Shown: in pieces, positions 22,968-34,200 of the stretch
Layout: each line of letters begins with the position of its first letter
How positions within the stretch are numbered: position 1 is the stretch's first letter
Source: Bacteroidaceae bacterium
GTDB lineage: Bacteria; Bacillota_I; Bacilli_A; RFN20; CAG-826
Assembly: GCA_963657885.1 (NCBI GenBank)
Contig: CAVKNZ010000001.1
Location: 55,203 to 119,202 of the forward strand
Length of the DNA stretch: 64,000 nucleotides
Direction: 5' to 3'
Made by a program: the position numbers and the translations under genes
Notes under the pieces: model-generated
What the model saw: the letters and a program-made list of their open reading frames with translations, nothing else
Databases searched by the model: none
What the model was told of the DNA's origin: nothing

Positions 22968-24398
22968 ATGGAATTTGAACCTATTATCGGACTTGAAATC
23001 CACGTTGAACTAAAAACTAAAAGTAAAATGTTTTCCTCTGCGCCTGTCACATATGGGGAAGATCCTAATAGCCAAGTTGCGCCTTTAGATATGGCTTTTC
23101 CTGGCACAATGCCAACGGTTAACAAAGAAGGCGTTGTTTTTGCTATAAGAGTTAGCAACGCTTTGCACATGAAAATTGATGATGAACTTCACTTCGATAG
23201 AAAGAATTATTTCTATAGCGATTTACCTAAGGGTTATCAAATTACTCAAAACCTTAGACCAATTGGCTCTGATGGATATCTAGAAATTGAAACTTCAAAT
23301 GGAATTAAAAAAATCGGCATCGAAAGACTTCATATTGAAGAAGATACCTGTAAACAAATCCACTTCAGTGACTTCACTCTTTTAAACTATAACCGCGCTG
23401 GCACGCCACTTATTGAAATCGTCTCTCGACCAGAATTAACAAGTGGTCTTGAAGCGATGAGATATGTTGAAAAAATTCGTTCGATTGTCGTCTATAGCGG
23501 TGTTAGCGATGGCAAGATGGAAGAAGGAAGTTTAAGATGCGACGTCAATATCTCACTTAAAGAAAAAGGCTCCAAAGTTTTTGGCACAAAAGTGGAAATT
23601 AAAAACATCAACTCCATCTCCTATATTCAAAATGCGATTGATTTTGAAATTGCTAGACAGACTAATTTGCTTTTAAATGGTGAGAAAGTTCGTCAAGAAA
23701 CAAGAAGATATGATTCTTCAACAAATGAAACACTTTTGATGCGCGTTAAAACTGACGCAGTTGACTATAAATATTTCCCAGAAGATAACATCACTCCGAT
23801 TAAATTAAGTAAACAGTTCATCGATGAGGCCATTGCTTCTTGCCCTGAACTCGCTGATAGTAAACGCGATCGATACATTCATAAATTCTTTTTAAGTGAA
23901 TATGATGCTTCTCTTTTACTCGCGGATAAAGATGTTTCTTCTTATTTTGATGAATTAACTAAATATACAGATTCATATAAAATAGCTGCGAACTGGTTAA
24001 ATGTTGAAGTTGCTTCTTATCTAAATAAGAACTTTATAACTATTGATAAATTCCCACTTTCTCCGAAACGATTATCTACGCTTGTAGAACTTGTCTCGAA
24101 AAAAGAAGTTAGCTCCAATCAAGCTAAAGAAATATTTGAAAAAATGGTGAAAGATAATATCGACGCGGCTGAGGCTAAAGAAGCTTTAGGTATCGCTAAT
24201 CAAATATCTGATGTCGATTTCGTAAAAAGCGTCGTCGATGAAGTATTAAAAGAAAATCCTCAAGCCATTATCGACTTTAAAAATGGTCGAGATAGAGCTC
24301 TAGGATTTTTGATTGGTTTAGTGATGAAAAAGACAAAAGGTAAAGTTAATCCTAAGATGACTAGCGATATTCTTTTAAAAGAACTCAAGGAGAGATAA
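22968..24398 (+). CDS. gatB: Asp/Glu-tRNA amidotransferase subunit B
   Basis: Start most likely MEFEPIIGLEIHVEL at 22968; the ORF track gives 22953. Conserved GatB N-terminus and the C-terminal GatB/YqeY domain. Confidence 0.95.
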   Translation: MEFEPIIGLEIHVELKTKSKMFSSAPVTYGEDPNSQVAPLDMAFPGTMPTVNKEGVVFAIRVSNALHMKIDDELHFDRKNYFYSDLPKGYQITQNLRPIGSDGYLEIETSNGIKKIGIERLHIEEDTCKQIHFSDFTLLNYNRAGTPLIEIVSRPELTSGLEAMRYVEKIRSIVVYSGVSDGKMEEGSLRCDVNISLKEKGSKVFGTKVEIKNINSISYIQNAIDFEIARQTNLLLNGEKVRQETRRYDSSTNETLLMRVKTDAVDYKYFPEDNITPIKLSKQFIDEAIASCPELADSKRDRYIHKFFLSEYDASLLLADKDVSSYFDELTKYTDSYKIAANWLNVEVASYLNKNFITIDKFPLSPKRLSTLVELVSKKEVSSNQAKEIFEKMVKDNIDAAEAKEALGIANQISDVDFVKSVVDEVLKENPQAIIDFKNGRDRALGFLIGLVMKKTKGKVNPKMTSDILLKELKER

Positions 24399-24400
24399 AA

Positions 24401-25426
24401 ATGACAAAATTTAAAAACATTCTTGTAACTGGAGGAGTTGGCTATATTGGCTCACATACCGTTATTTGCTTATTAGAAAATGGTTATAATCCTATCATTG
24501 TCGACAATCTATGCAATTCGAAATTAGAAGTGCTTAACCGCATCGAAAAGATAAGCGGTGTTCGTCCTTTATTTTATAAAGGCGATGTCCGCGATGAAGA
24601 ATTGTTAGAAAAAATCTTTAGCGAAAACAAAATTGATGCGGTCATTCACTTTGCGGGCTTAAAAGCAGTGGGCGAATCGGTGGAAAAACCAGATTTATAT
24701 TTTGATAACAATATCGGTTCCACGAAAGCATTGTTAAAAGTTATGAAAAAACACGATGTTAAAAATATCGTCTTTTCTTCCTCGGCGACAGTTTATGGAA
24801 TTGTAAAACATGTTCCTATCGTTGAAACTGATCCAATTGGCGAAGTTACTAATCCTTATGCAGACACTAAAGTGCAAATTGAATACATCCTTCAAGACTT
24901 AGCCAAGAGCGATAAAAACATGAACATCGCCATTTTAAGATATTTTAATCCTATCGGCGCCCATCAAAGTGGACTCCTCGGAGAAGATCCTAACGGCATT
25001 CCTAATAATTTAATGCCATTTATCACTCAAGTCGCAGTCGGCAAAAGAGATGAGCTTAAAGTTTTTGGAAATGATTATCCAACGCGCGATGGTACCTGCA
25101 TCCGCGACTATATTCATGTTCTAGATTTAGCTAGAGGTCACGTTTTGACACTTAAAAAGTTAGAAACAAATCCAGGTTTAGTAATTTATAATTTAGGAAC
25201 AAGTGTCGGAACAACGGTTCTTGAACTTGTAAATGCCTTTATGAAGGCAAACGATATTAAAATTCCATATACAATTGTTGGCAGAAGAGCAGGCGATATC
25301 GCCGAATGCTACGCCGATTGCTCGAAAGCTTATAAAGAAATTGGCTTTAAGTGTTTATATAATATCGTTGATGCATGTCGCGATTCGTGGAATTATCAAA
25401 AGAATAATCCAGATGGAATAAAGTGA
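24401..25426 (+). CDS. galE: UDP-glucose 4-epimerase
   Basis: 341 aa. NAD Rossmann ILVTGGVGYIGSHT. Catalytic SSSATVYG ... YADTK (YxxxK). Confidence 0.9.
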   Translation: MTKFKNILVTGGVGYIGSHTVICLLENGYNPIIVDNLCNSKLEVLNRIEKISGVRPLFYKGDVRDEELLEKIFSENKIDAVIHFAGLKAVGESVEKPDLYFDNNIGSTKALLKVMKKHDVKNIVFSSSATVYGIVKHVPIVETDPIGEVTNPYADTKVQIEYILQDLAKSDKNMNIAILRYFNPIGAHQSGLLGEDPNGIPNNLMPFITQVAVGKRDELKVFGNDYPTRDGTCIRDYIHVLDLARGHVLTLKKLETNPGLVIYNLGTSVGTTVLELVNAFMKANDIKIPYTIVGRRAGDIAECYADCSKAYKEIGFKCLYNIVDACRDSWNYQKNNPDGIK

Positions 25427-25436
25427 GGGAATAGTT

Positions 25437-26381
25437 ATGGCAAGAAACGAAATCAAATTAGATACCAAGTTCGGCGATAGTCTTTATGGTTATGCTTGGA
25501 CTATCACAAAACCTAAAGGCAATGTCATTATCGTAACTGGCATGGAAGAGTATGCGCTTAGATATGATGAATTTGCTAATTTCTTAAATAAACATGGCTA
25601 CGATGTATTTTGTATCGATCATTACGGACAAGGCTTAAATGCTAAAACCGAGGCAGAACGTGGAGTAGTTCCTTCATCATTCTTCTCAAAATCAGTTAAA
25701 AACATTGACCAAATTGTTGTCGCTTGTCGCGAATCGCTTTTACCAACAACGATTCTAGCTCACAGCATGGGTAGCTTCATGCTTCAAGATTACATTCAAA
25801 GATTTACAACTCACATCAACAAAATTGTGCTTGTTGGCACCAATGGACCAAACGCCAAAGTTACTTATAAATTTGGCAAAGCCATTGCTAAATTAACTCT
25901 TACAAAGAAGAACCGTAGCAAAAAACATTTCTTCATGGACAAGATGATTTTTGGAATGTATGGAAAACATTTTAAAGATGAAGGACCTTCAAGCTGGTTA
26001 TCGCTTGATCCTAAAAATGTTGAAAAATATAAACAAGACGAACAATGCGGATATGTTTCAACGCACGGCTTCTATTATGAATTTATGAAAGGCTGCAACC
26101 GTATCTATCAAAAGAAGTTCTTAAAGAAGATTCGTAAAGATATGAACATTCTCATCGTCTCAGGAACTGATGATCCAGTAGGTGCTTATGGAAAAGGACC
26201 TTATAAATTGTTCCAACTTTATAAAAAACTTGGACTCAACAATGTTGAACTAAAACTTTATGATGAACTTCGTCATGAATTATTAAATGAAGAAAATCGT
26301 CAAGAAGTTTACGAAGATATATTAGCCTTCTTAGATAAAGAAGTTTCTGAAGCTGAATTTTATTTCAATAACAAACATTAA
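25437..26381 (+). CDS. Alpha/beta-hydrolase (lysophospholipase / monoglyceride lipase-like)
   Basis: 314 aa. Nucleophile elbow ILAHSMGSF. Overall length and pattern (HG..E...RY) typical of lysophospholipase L2-like hydrolases. Confidence 0.7.
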   Translation: MARNEIKLDTKFGDSLYGYAWTITKPKGNVIIVTGMEEYALRYDEFANFLNKHGYDVFCIDHYGQGLNAKTEAERGVVPSSFFSKSVKNIDQIVVACRESLLPTTILAHSMGSFMLQDYIQRFTTHINKIVLVGTNGPNAKVTYKFGKAIAKLTLTKKNRSKKHFFMDKMIFGMYGKHFKDEGPSSWLSLDPKNVEKYKQDEQCGYVSTHGFYYEFMKGCNRIYQKKFLKKIRKDMNILIVSGTDDPVGAYGKGPYKLFQLYKKLGLNNVELKLYDELRHELLNEENRQEVYEDILAFLDKEVSEAEFYFNNKH

Positions 26382-28093
26382 TTGTTATCAATTTTTACTT
26401 TCTTTTTGTCCTTAATCCTTTTAATGATGAAAATTATTAAGAATATTAGAGCTATCAATAATGTCGCGCTTGCATAGCCAAGCGTATCGATGCCAACATC
26501 TATCCATCTTGCTCCTCGTTTAGGAATGAATAGTTGAATGAATTCGCTTAATCCAGCGATTGAAAAGCCAAATACTAAAGAAGCCGGGTAGATTAGATAA
26601 CGGAAATACTTTTTCTTACTATCTTTAATAAGGAAATACGCGCCTAAGGTGGTAAATATTCCATCGACAAAGAAGAGCATTAAGTGACCAATTGATTTTC
26701 TAATGATGCTAAAAAAGTCATCTTCATTCGCGGAGTTGATGATTTTTAATGGCGTTACTTCAATTTCATATTCTAGGGTTGCGCTTGGAGAATTAACCGC
26801 GTATATCGTGATTTTAGTTTTGCCTGTTTCTATTCCTTTGATGGCGACGCTACTACCGCGGGATTCGATTTCCACTAGCGAGCTATTTTCTGCTTTCCCC
26901 ATCATCTTTTTATCGCTTGCGTTGATTGGAAGATAATTTGGAGAAATGAGTAAAGTTACTCCTTTTTCAATCTGGAAGCTACTCTTTTCACTCGCGTATT
27001 TAAGCGAACTTATCATCACATCTTCGACATCGATATCAATACTAGATGATTGAGATGGATCTAATGCTGATATGGCGGTTATGGTTACTTTTCCTTTTTT
27101 ACGATATCCGCGAACAATACCAGAGCTATCGACCATCGCGATGAGAGGATTTGATGAACTGTAAGTTAGTTTACTGTCGCTAGGAGTTACTCCATTCCAA
27201 TCGACAGTTAAAGGAGTGTTATGTAATCCTACTTCGCTATAATCATTTCCATCAAAGTTCATGTCGCCGATATAGGCTTTATTAGTTTTCGATGTTAGTT
27301 TCCAATTGTTATTAGGCTTGATAACTGTTTCTGCATTATTTTTAACTGTTATTGTTTCTTTTTTAGTGACTGTTCCATTGGAGACACTTATCTCTACTGT
27401 TCCAACGCTTTTTGCAGTTATGACTCCGAGATTGTTAATCGAAGCGATGCTAGTATTTGAAGAAGTGTATTCAAGTTTTGTGCTATCGAAATAACGGACA
27501 TATTTTAAAGGATCATTTATCGATTCAATTTTACTTATCGGAGTTACATTTACTAATTCTGTTAGTCCGGTTTTTATTTCTTTATTATCTAGAGAAATAG
27601 AAAAATCTATTGGGGCGCAGTGCTCTTTTACATAGAAAGTATAGTCAGTATGGATATCGCTATCTTTTAAGTGAGCTGTAACAGTGAATGAATCAATATC
27701 TTCATTAGCTTCTATGAAGGCTCCATAGTCAACTTGGATGACGTTGATTTTATCGCTTGAGCAAGTGAAATATATATTCGCGTCAGTTGCATTTTTCGGA
27801 TTAGGTGAGGCTATTAACTTTTTAGTCGCACCTAAAGGAATTTCGTTATCTTTATAACCTTCAACTCCGTTTAATAGATACCTATCATCTAGTTTTAAAG
27901 TTATTGACTCTGTTTTTATTTCATCAACATCTTTATCTATGCCATTGATAAAAAACTTAACTATGTTAGCAATAAAGTCAGACATTTGTCCTGAAACAGT
28001 TCCTGGGATAAACGCATTAGCGATGATAAAAAGATTTACCATCAACGATAAAGAAGCAAAGGTTAAGCCAATCTTTAAATTCTTTTTGCTCAT
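26378..28093 (-). CDS. Surface protein with N-terminal signal anchor, three Big_2 (bacterial Ig-like) repeats and a C-terminal VanZ-like membrane domain
   Basis: 571 aa. Big_2-like segments (ITAKSVGTVEISVSNGTVTKKETITV; GKVTITAISALDP; GKTKITIYAVNSP). C-terminal EFIQLFIPKRGARWIDVGIDTLG matches the VanZ family signature (E.iQ.f.p.R..d..Dv..N..G). Confidence 0.6.
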   Translation of the reverse strand: MSKKNLKIGLTFASLSLMVNLFIIANAFIPGTVSGQMSDFIANIVKFFINGIDKDVDEIKTESITLKLDDRYLLNGVEGYKDNEIPLGATKKLIASPNPKNATDANIYFTCSSDKINVIQVDYGAFIEANEDIDSFTVTAHLKDSDIHTDYTFYVKEHCAPIDFSISLDNKEIKTGLTELVNVTPISKIESINDPLKYVRYFDSTKLEYTSSNTSIASINNLGVITAKSVGTVEISVSNGTVTKKETITVKNNAETVIKPNNNWKLTSKTNKAYIGDMNFDGNDYSEVGLHNTPLTVDWNGVTPSDSKLTYSSSNPLIAMVDSSGIVRGYRKKGKVTITAISALDPSQSSSIDIDVEDVMISSLKYASEKSSFQIEKGVTLLISPNYLPINASDKKMMGKAENSSLVEIESRGSSVAIKGIETGKTKITIYAVNSPSATLEYEIEVTPLKIINSANEDDFFSIIRKSIGHLMLFFVDGIFTTLGAYFLIKDSKKKYFRYLIYPASLVFGFSIAGLSEFIQLFIPKRGARWIDVGIDTLGYASATLLIALIFLIIFIIKRIKDKKKVKIDNN

Positions 28094-28471
28094 GTGAAAA
28101 TTATAAACGTTTTTCTTTTATTTGCCGACTGTCTGAAGAAGATAAGCTTTCATGCGAATTAAGTTGAGTGACTTATTTCCAAAAATAAAAGAGACGAATC
28201 ATCTAGATAAAGACCTATTTAAATCATTATTGGAATAAAAAACAATTTTTTCTCCTATGAAAATGGAAGATTTTCTTGTCTATAAGCTATAAAAAGTAAA
28301 AATCTTCACGTAGTGAACTTATTTATTTTTCTTCTTTTCGCTTAAAAATGAAAAAATCGCCGAAAAACGAAACTAATAATTTCCTTGAAAACGCTTTCTC
28401 GCGCTTTTTTAATTGTAAGTGAACAAATAGTTTCGTCCATAATTATTGGTGTCGCTTGAAAGGAAACCATT

Positions 28472-31207
28472 ATGACTACTGGTGAAAAAATTAAGAAAAT
28501 TCGCACAGATAATAATTTATCTCAAGACGAATTTGCGAAAAAATTGGATGTTACACGTGTGGCTGTTAGCAAGTGGGAATTAGGCAAATCTTATCCTAGC
28601 ATTGCTAACCTTAAAAACATGTGTACCCTTTTTAACATCTCCTTCGATGATTTACTTGAAGAAACCAATCAAGAAGAACTTATGGGCAATGAAGATGGAA
28701 CAGAGCCTCAAGCAGATGATGAAAAGAAATCAAAACTTTCCACGAGAAAGAAAATTGACATTATTGCGTTTTCTATCATCGGCTTGGTTGCTGCGGTAGC
28801 AATTTCTTTAATTACCAGCGGACTAGTTTTAACATTTAACAAAACTACATCAGCTCCCGATAACGATGTTATACTCAGTCCAATTGAATCAATATATGTG
28901 AGTGAAAAGCCAACTTATATGACTTATTTAGTTGGTCAATCATTTAACAGCGATGGCTTAGTTGTTATGGCCGTTAGAGAAGATAACAACGAAGAAGCAA
29001 TTGAAGGATGGACAATTGATGTTCCTGAAACATTTGATGCAGAAACAAAGAATGGTGCTTATACAATTTCATACACTGATAAAGATAGTGAAAAAACATT
29101 CACGACAACTTTGGATGGCGTGAATGTTTATAGTTCAATGAGAGGCGTGTTTTCTCCAAATGGTTTAATTGCTATCAAAGGACCTATTCCTCAGAAAGCC
29201 GGTACAAAATTCAATTCATCTGATTTATTGTTCCATGTCACTTATGATGTTAATGGAGAAACAATTGAAGACACTCAATACACTTATCGCATGGGTGATC
29301 AAACGTCAAACAACTCATACGATGTTATTAAATTAGCTAAAGACACTACTTTAACGGATAGTGATACAACTGTTTCTATATATTATTCACAAGGAAAATC
29401 CGCGGAAATAAAAATTGATGTCTTTGAATCAATGTCTGTGAACTATAAGAAGAGCTCATTTGATGCTTCCAAAGATAAATTCAATTTTAGCGATGTTGAA
29501 CTGCTTGGCGAAAAAAGCGATGGCAGTAAAGTATCGGTTGACCCAAATGTCTATACTTGGGTTGATAACATTGAAGATGAACTAAGTGATGGGCAAGCGC
29601 TCATATATAATGGTGACCACACAATTGTTCCTAGCAGCGGCAATATATTTAATTTATCTTTTAAATTTAAGGTTACTAACGGTGTTAACATGGGTGATGT
29701 CGATCCTAATTTAAATGAAGATTTCTATTTCTCAGAAGCTGAAAATCTTGATTTTGTTGGAAACGTTGGCACATTAGTTCAAACTGGTGAAGACTACACA
29801 AAAGACTTTAAAGCTACAAATATTACTTTGGAGAAATTTAGAGCTGCAGCTTATTTAGGCTACACTGGTCGATATGAAGCCAGCGGAAAAGGCTTTGTTC
29901 TTGGCTTTGATGTTGCTACTCCTGAACGAAGCATGTCATTTACATTTAATGCTCCTGGAGGTGGATTTGGAGATTTAATTGTACGAGGCTCTACAAACGT
30001 AGAAGACACTAGCAACAAGTATCGTTCAAAAGATTTGATAGTTACTCAAGCTGCGAAGATTTATCTAAATAATGTTGAAGTAACATCTCAACTCGACCAA
30101 ACAGCAGTTTTCGAAGGTGTTAAAAATAGCGAACCAGATGAGCAAAATAGAACAGGTACTGTCGAAGGCTATGAACTCGAAGGTCGTTATAAATTTGTTA
30201 ACTGGACAGAAGTTAATTTAGGCAAACTCAATTTAAAACGTGGTAAAAATACAATTAAGTTTGTTCCTAATAACAACTATAGAAGTGGTCAATGGGACAC
30301 TGTTAAAGTTGATATCACCCCATATAAAGATGGTGGAAGCTCTAGCGATGAAATCTCATTAAGCAAAACTGAGTCAACACTTAATGTTGGTGAAAGTGAA
30401 ACGCTCATTTGCTATAAAAGCAAAACCGGAACAGTTAATTGGACCAGTTCTGACTCAACTGTCGCTAGTGTTGATCAAGATGGCAAAGTCACAGCGATTT
30501 CTTCAGGCAACGCAACTATTACCGCTACCTTCAATGGTAAATCAGTTTCATGCACGTATGAAATCATCGATCCTGACGAAAAGCCTGATTTAAACGATGA
30601 TACATATACATTTGAATGTGAAGATATGACTTTGACTGGAAAATCATCGTATCTAAAACAAACGGGCGATGATTATACAACTGATTATGTAGACAGCAAT
30701 TGTAGCTGGCCAGCATTCCATGCGGCGGCTTATCTAGGCTATACAGGCGATTACGCCGCGAGTGGTAGAGGATTTGTTCATAACTTTGATGACGCCAGTT
30801 CAACAATGAGTCAAACATTTACTCTCCCTAGCGGAGGCGATTGTGACCTTACTATTCGGGTTTCTTCCAACTATGGTGTTGAAGGTAGCACATATAAAAC
30901 CAATGCTTTAAGAGCAAATAAGATTGCTAAATACACTCTTAACGGAGTCGATATTACAAGCATGTTTACTGATGATATGGTGACCAAAAATATCACAAGC
31001 GACACTCCTGATGCTCAAAATAGAACAGGAACAGTTACGTATAGTCTTGATGGTAGATATCGTTTTGTCTATTGGACTGATATCACAATTAAAGGTGTCA
31101 GAATGAAAAAAGGCGAAAACACCATTGTCATCACTTCCAACAATGGCTCCCAAAGCGGTCACTGGGACTGCGTGTCACTCAATTTCAAGCCTTATAAATC
31201 GAATTAA
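28472..31207 (+). CDS. Membrane-anchored XRE-family HTH protein with a large extracellular region: two CBM6/CBM35-like beta-sandwich modules plus a Big_2 domain
   Basis: 911 aa. Residues 1-65 are a Cro/C1-type HTH (KIKKIRTDNNLSQDEFAKKLDVTRVAVSKWELGKSYPSIANLKNM). One TM helix near residue 100 (IIAFSIIGLVAAVAISLI). Two paralogous modules at about aa 425-620 and 700-911 share AAYLGYTG-Y-ASG-GFV-FD...P-GG--DL-R-S-N...QNRTGTV...GRY-FV-WT. Big_2-like segment VASVDQDGKVTAISSGNATITATF. Confidence 0.6.
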   Translation: MTTGEKIKKIRTDNNLSQDEFAKKLDVTRVAVSKWELGKSYPSIANLKNMCTLFNISFDDLLEETNQEELMGNEDGTEPQADDEKKSKLSTRKKIDIIAFSIIGLVAAVAISLITSGLVLTFNKTTSAPDNDVILSPIESIYVSEKPTYMTYLVGQSFNSDGLVVMAVREDNNEEAIEGWTIDVPETFDAETKNGAYTISYTDKDSEKTFTTTLDGVNVYSSMRGVFSPNGLIAIKGPIPQKAGTKFNSSDLLFHVTYDVNGETIEDTQYTYRMGDQTSNNSYDVIKLAKDTTLTDSDTTVSIYYSQGKSAEIKIDVFESMSVNYKKSSFDASKDKFNFSDVELLGEKSDGSKVSVDPNVYTWVDNIEDELSDGQALIYNGDHTIVPSSGNIFNLSFKFKVTNGVNMGDVDPNLNEDFYFSEAENLDFVGNVGTLVQTGEDYTKDFKATNITLEKFRAAAYLGYTGRYEASGKGFVLGFDVATPERSMSFTFNAPGGGFGDLIVRGSTNVEDTSNKYRSKDLIVTQAAKIYLNNVEVTSQLDQTAVFEGVKNSEPDEQNRTGTVEGYELEGRYKFVNWTEVNLGKLNLKRGKNTIKFVPNNNYRSGQWDTVKVDITPYKDGGSSSDEISLSKTESTLNVGESETLICYKSKTGTVNWTSSDSTVASVDQDGKVTAISSGNATITATFNGKSVSCTYEIIDPDEKPDLNDDTYTFECEDMTLTGKSSYLKQTGDDYTTDYVDSNCSWPAFHAAAYLGYTGDYAASGRGFVHNFDDASSTMSQTFTLPSGGDCDLTIRVSSNYGVEGSTYKTNALRANKIAKYTLNGVDITSMFTDDMVTKNITSDTPDAQNRTGTVTYSLDGRYRFVYWTDITIKGVRMKKGENTIVITSNNGSQSGHWDCVSLNFKPYKSN

Positions 31208-31209
31208 AT

Positions 31210-34200
31210 TTGAGGTCATTAAATATGAAAAAGTTAGGAAAAATAATTTGTTCAGTTAGCATAGCTCTACTTGCTGGAGTTATGATTACCGCCGATGTTT
31301 TAAGCGTTAAATATTATGCTTTTATCGATGAAGGCATAAATGGCTCAGGTGTCAACTATAGCAATGCATCCTCGGCCCTTGCTAAAGGTGATGCCTTTGT
31401 CAAAGAAATCATGGAAGAGGGCATAACAATGCTCAAAAACACTTCCGGAAAAGCTCCTTATGCCTACGATGAATCTAATCCTTCCGCGAATCGAAAAGCC
31501 AACGTCTTTGGTTGGTCGAGTGTTGATGCTGGCTTTTTGATTTCTGGATATGGATCCGGCATTTCTCGAATTCCTGAAAACAAACGTGTTCTTTTCTATG
31601 ATGGTTTTGATAAATATAACGATATCTATCCTAAGAAAAAGATTGAATACAACGCAAACTTAAAATCTTTCTATGAAGATTGGTGTAAATCTCGGGCAGT
31701 CACTGAATCTTTAGGTGGGAACGATAAGCTTTACACCAACTATAATCCAAAAGTTGATGTTTATACCTCTGATGAGAACAAAGTAAATGGAAAAACACTT
31801 TTAGAAGATGCAAAGGAATTTTCTGATAACGCAATTGTTGTCATCTCTCGTCAATCTGGCGAAGCGCAAGATTGTCCTCAGATGTATTCATACGTTGTTA
31901 ATGAAAAAGGTGGCGCGCCTACGCGTGTAGAACGAAGTTACCTCGCCTTAACTGATGAAGAATTGGATTTAATTGATATGGTGAAAAACAATTTCTCAAA
32001 TGTCACTATACTTTTAAACTGCACAAACATGGTTGAATGTGGCGCCTTTAGCGATGAAAAAATTCAAAACGTTTACTATATTGGTGTCACCGGACAATCA
32101 GGCGCAAGAGCGATTCCATCCGTTTTAACCGGTGATGTCAACCCTTCTGGAAGAATTACGGAAACATGTGTAACCGATCATAGCGAAAATCCATCATTTT
32201 ATAATTTTGGTCGTGTCTCATCTGCATCCACAACATATGTTGAAGATATTTATGTCGGTTATAAGTTTTTTGAAACCGCAGACAAGGAAGGCTATTGGGA
32301 TGGATACACTAATTCGGATAGCAAGAAGAGCAACGGAAAAACAGGCTATGATGGAATTGTTGAATACCCTTTTGGAAGTGGCTTAAGTTATACGACTTTC
32401 TCTTATGAATTTGCTACAGATAGTGAAGAAGACGCTATTTCTCCAACTAAAGGTAGCTCAATTGACTTAGATACAAAAATTAAAATAAATGTCAAAGTAA
32501 CTAACACTGGTTCAGTTAAAGGCAAAGATGTTGTAGAAATCTATTACACCGCTCCATACACCAAAGGTGGAATTGAAAAAGCATCAATTAACCTTATGGA
32601 TTTTGGAAAAACAAAATTACTTAAACCAGGTGAAAGCGAAATTTTAAGCTTTGAATTAGATCCATATTATATGGCTAGTTATGATTGCTATGATAAAAAT
32701 AGCAACGGCTTTAAGGGTTATGAACTTGAAGCTGGAAAATACGAAATTAAATTAATGAAAAATGCTCATACGTTATTGCTTGATGGCAATGATGGAGTCA
32801 TCGAATATAACGTTGATAGCACGATTAAAATCGACAAAGATGGTGTAACTGATAATGAAGTTAAAAATCGTTTTACCGGCAGCGATGCTTTCGATGGAAC
32901 AAGCATTGATAGAGATGATCAAACATTATATCTATCAAGAAGCGACTTCAAAGGAACAATAAAAAAAGAAACAGTAGCTAACTACACGAAAGCTGGAACT
33001 GTTAAAGCGACAAGATCTTATACTTTGCTTCCTACATTTAATCAAGATAATGGTTTATATCTTTATACTGATATAGATGGCAACAAGATTACAGATAGTA
33101 ACTTACTACATTCACCAACTAGCGATAAAGTTAAAGCTAATACTGAACTTATGAAAGAACTTGGCAATGACTACAACAATGAAAAATGGAATTTGCTTTT
33201 AAATCAATTAACTTATACTGACGCGACAAATCTCATCGTTATGGGCGGCTATTCGACAATCGAAGCCGAAAGTGTAGGCAAAATTTGGATGCGAGATAAC
33301 GATGGTCCAATGGGACTTACTAGATCAAATGCTTCTGTCACCGAAACTAGCCAATGGACCTGGTTCCCGATGGCGGGTTTAATCGGCAACAGCTGGAATA
33401 AAGAGCTAGCTAAAAACTATGGAAAGACCATCGCTAATGAAGCTCAAGTTACTGGCGTAAATGGCTGGTACGCGCCTGGATGCAATATTCGTCGCTCTCC
33501 TTTCGGAGGAAGAAATAACGAATATTATAGCGAAGATCCTATGCTTTCAGGCTATATGTCCGCCTATACAGTTAAAGGCGCTCTATCTGGAAGACTTACA
33601 ACTTATGTTAAGCACTTCGCATTAAATGAATGTGAGACTAATAGAGGTGGTATCAAAACATGGACCACTGAACAGGCCTTAAGAGAAATATATCTTAGAT
33701 CCTTTGAATTAACTGTTAAGGTTGGAAAAACAAATGGTATCATGTCGGCGTTTAACTCAGTTGGAGGAACTACCGCTCGTCAAAACGGTGCTTTATTAAC
33801 TTATGTTTTGCGTGACGAATGGGGTTTTAAAGGAACTGTTGTCACTGACTGGATGGGTGGCGCTGGCGATGCAAAACAAGGCACGATGTCTGGCAATAAT
33901 TTATGGCTCAATGGTTCTCAACAAAACAATCACAACTTTGGCAGCGATTGGATGAATGATGTGCAGATGGCAAATGATATTAGAGAATCTTGCAAATCTA
34001 TTTTATACATGGTTTGCAATACACAAATCCAAACAGATGAGGTGCCAGTTATTGTTGATGTTGTTAGAAACAAACCTCTTTGGATTATGTCTGTTGTTGG
34101 AATTAACTTAGCATTATTTGATGGAATATTGCTATTAACATACTTTGCTTTCATTCGTAAAGGAAAAGAAGGCGATTCATCTACTAATCCAGTAGAAGAG

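Noticed and set aside
28094-28471. 378-bp divergent intergenic region as a candidate small-RNA locus
   Set aside because: No conserved structure, terminator or ORF could be recognised by eye. It needs transcriptome data.
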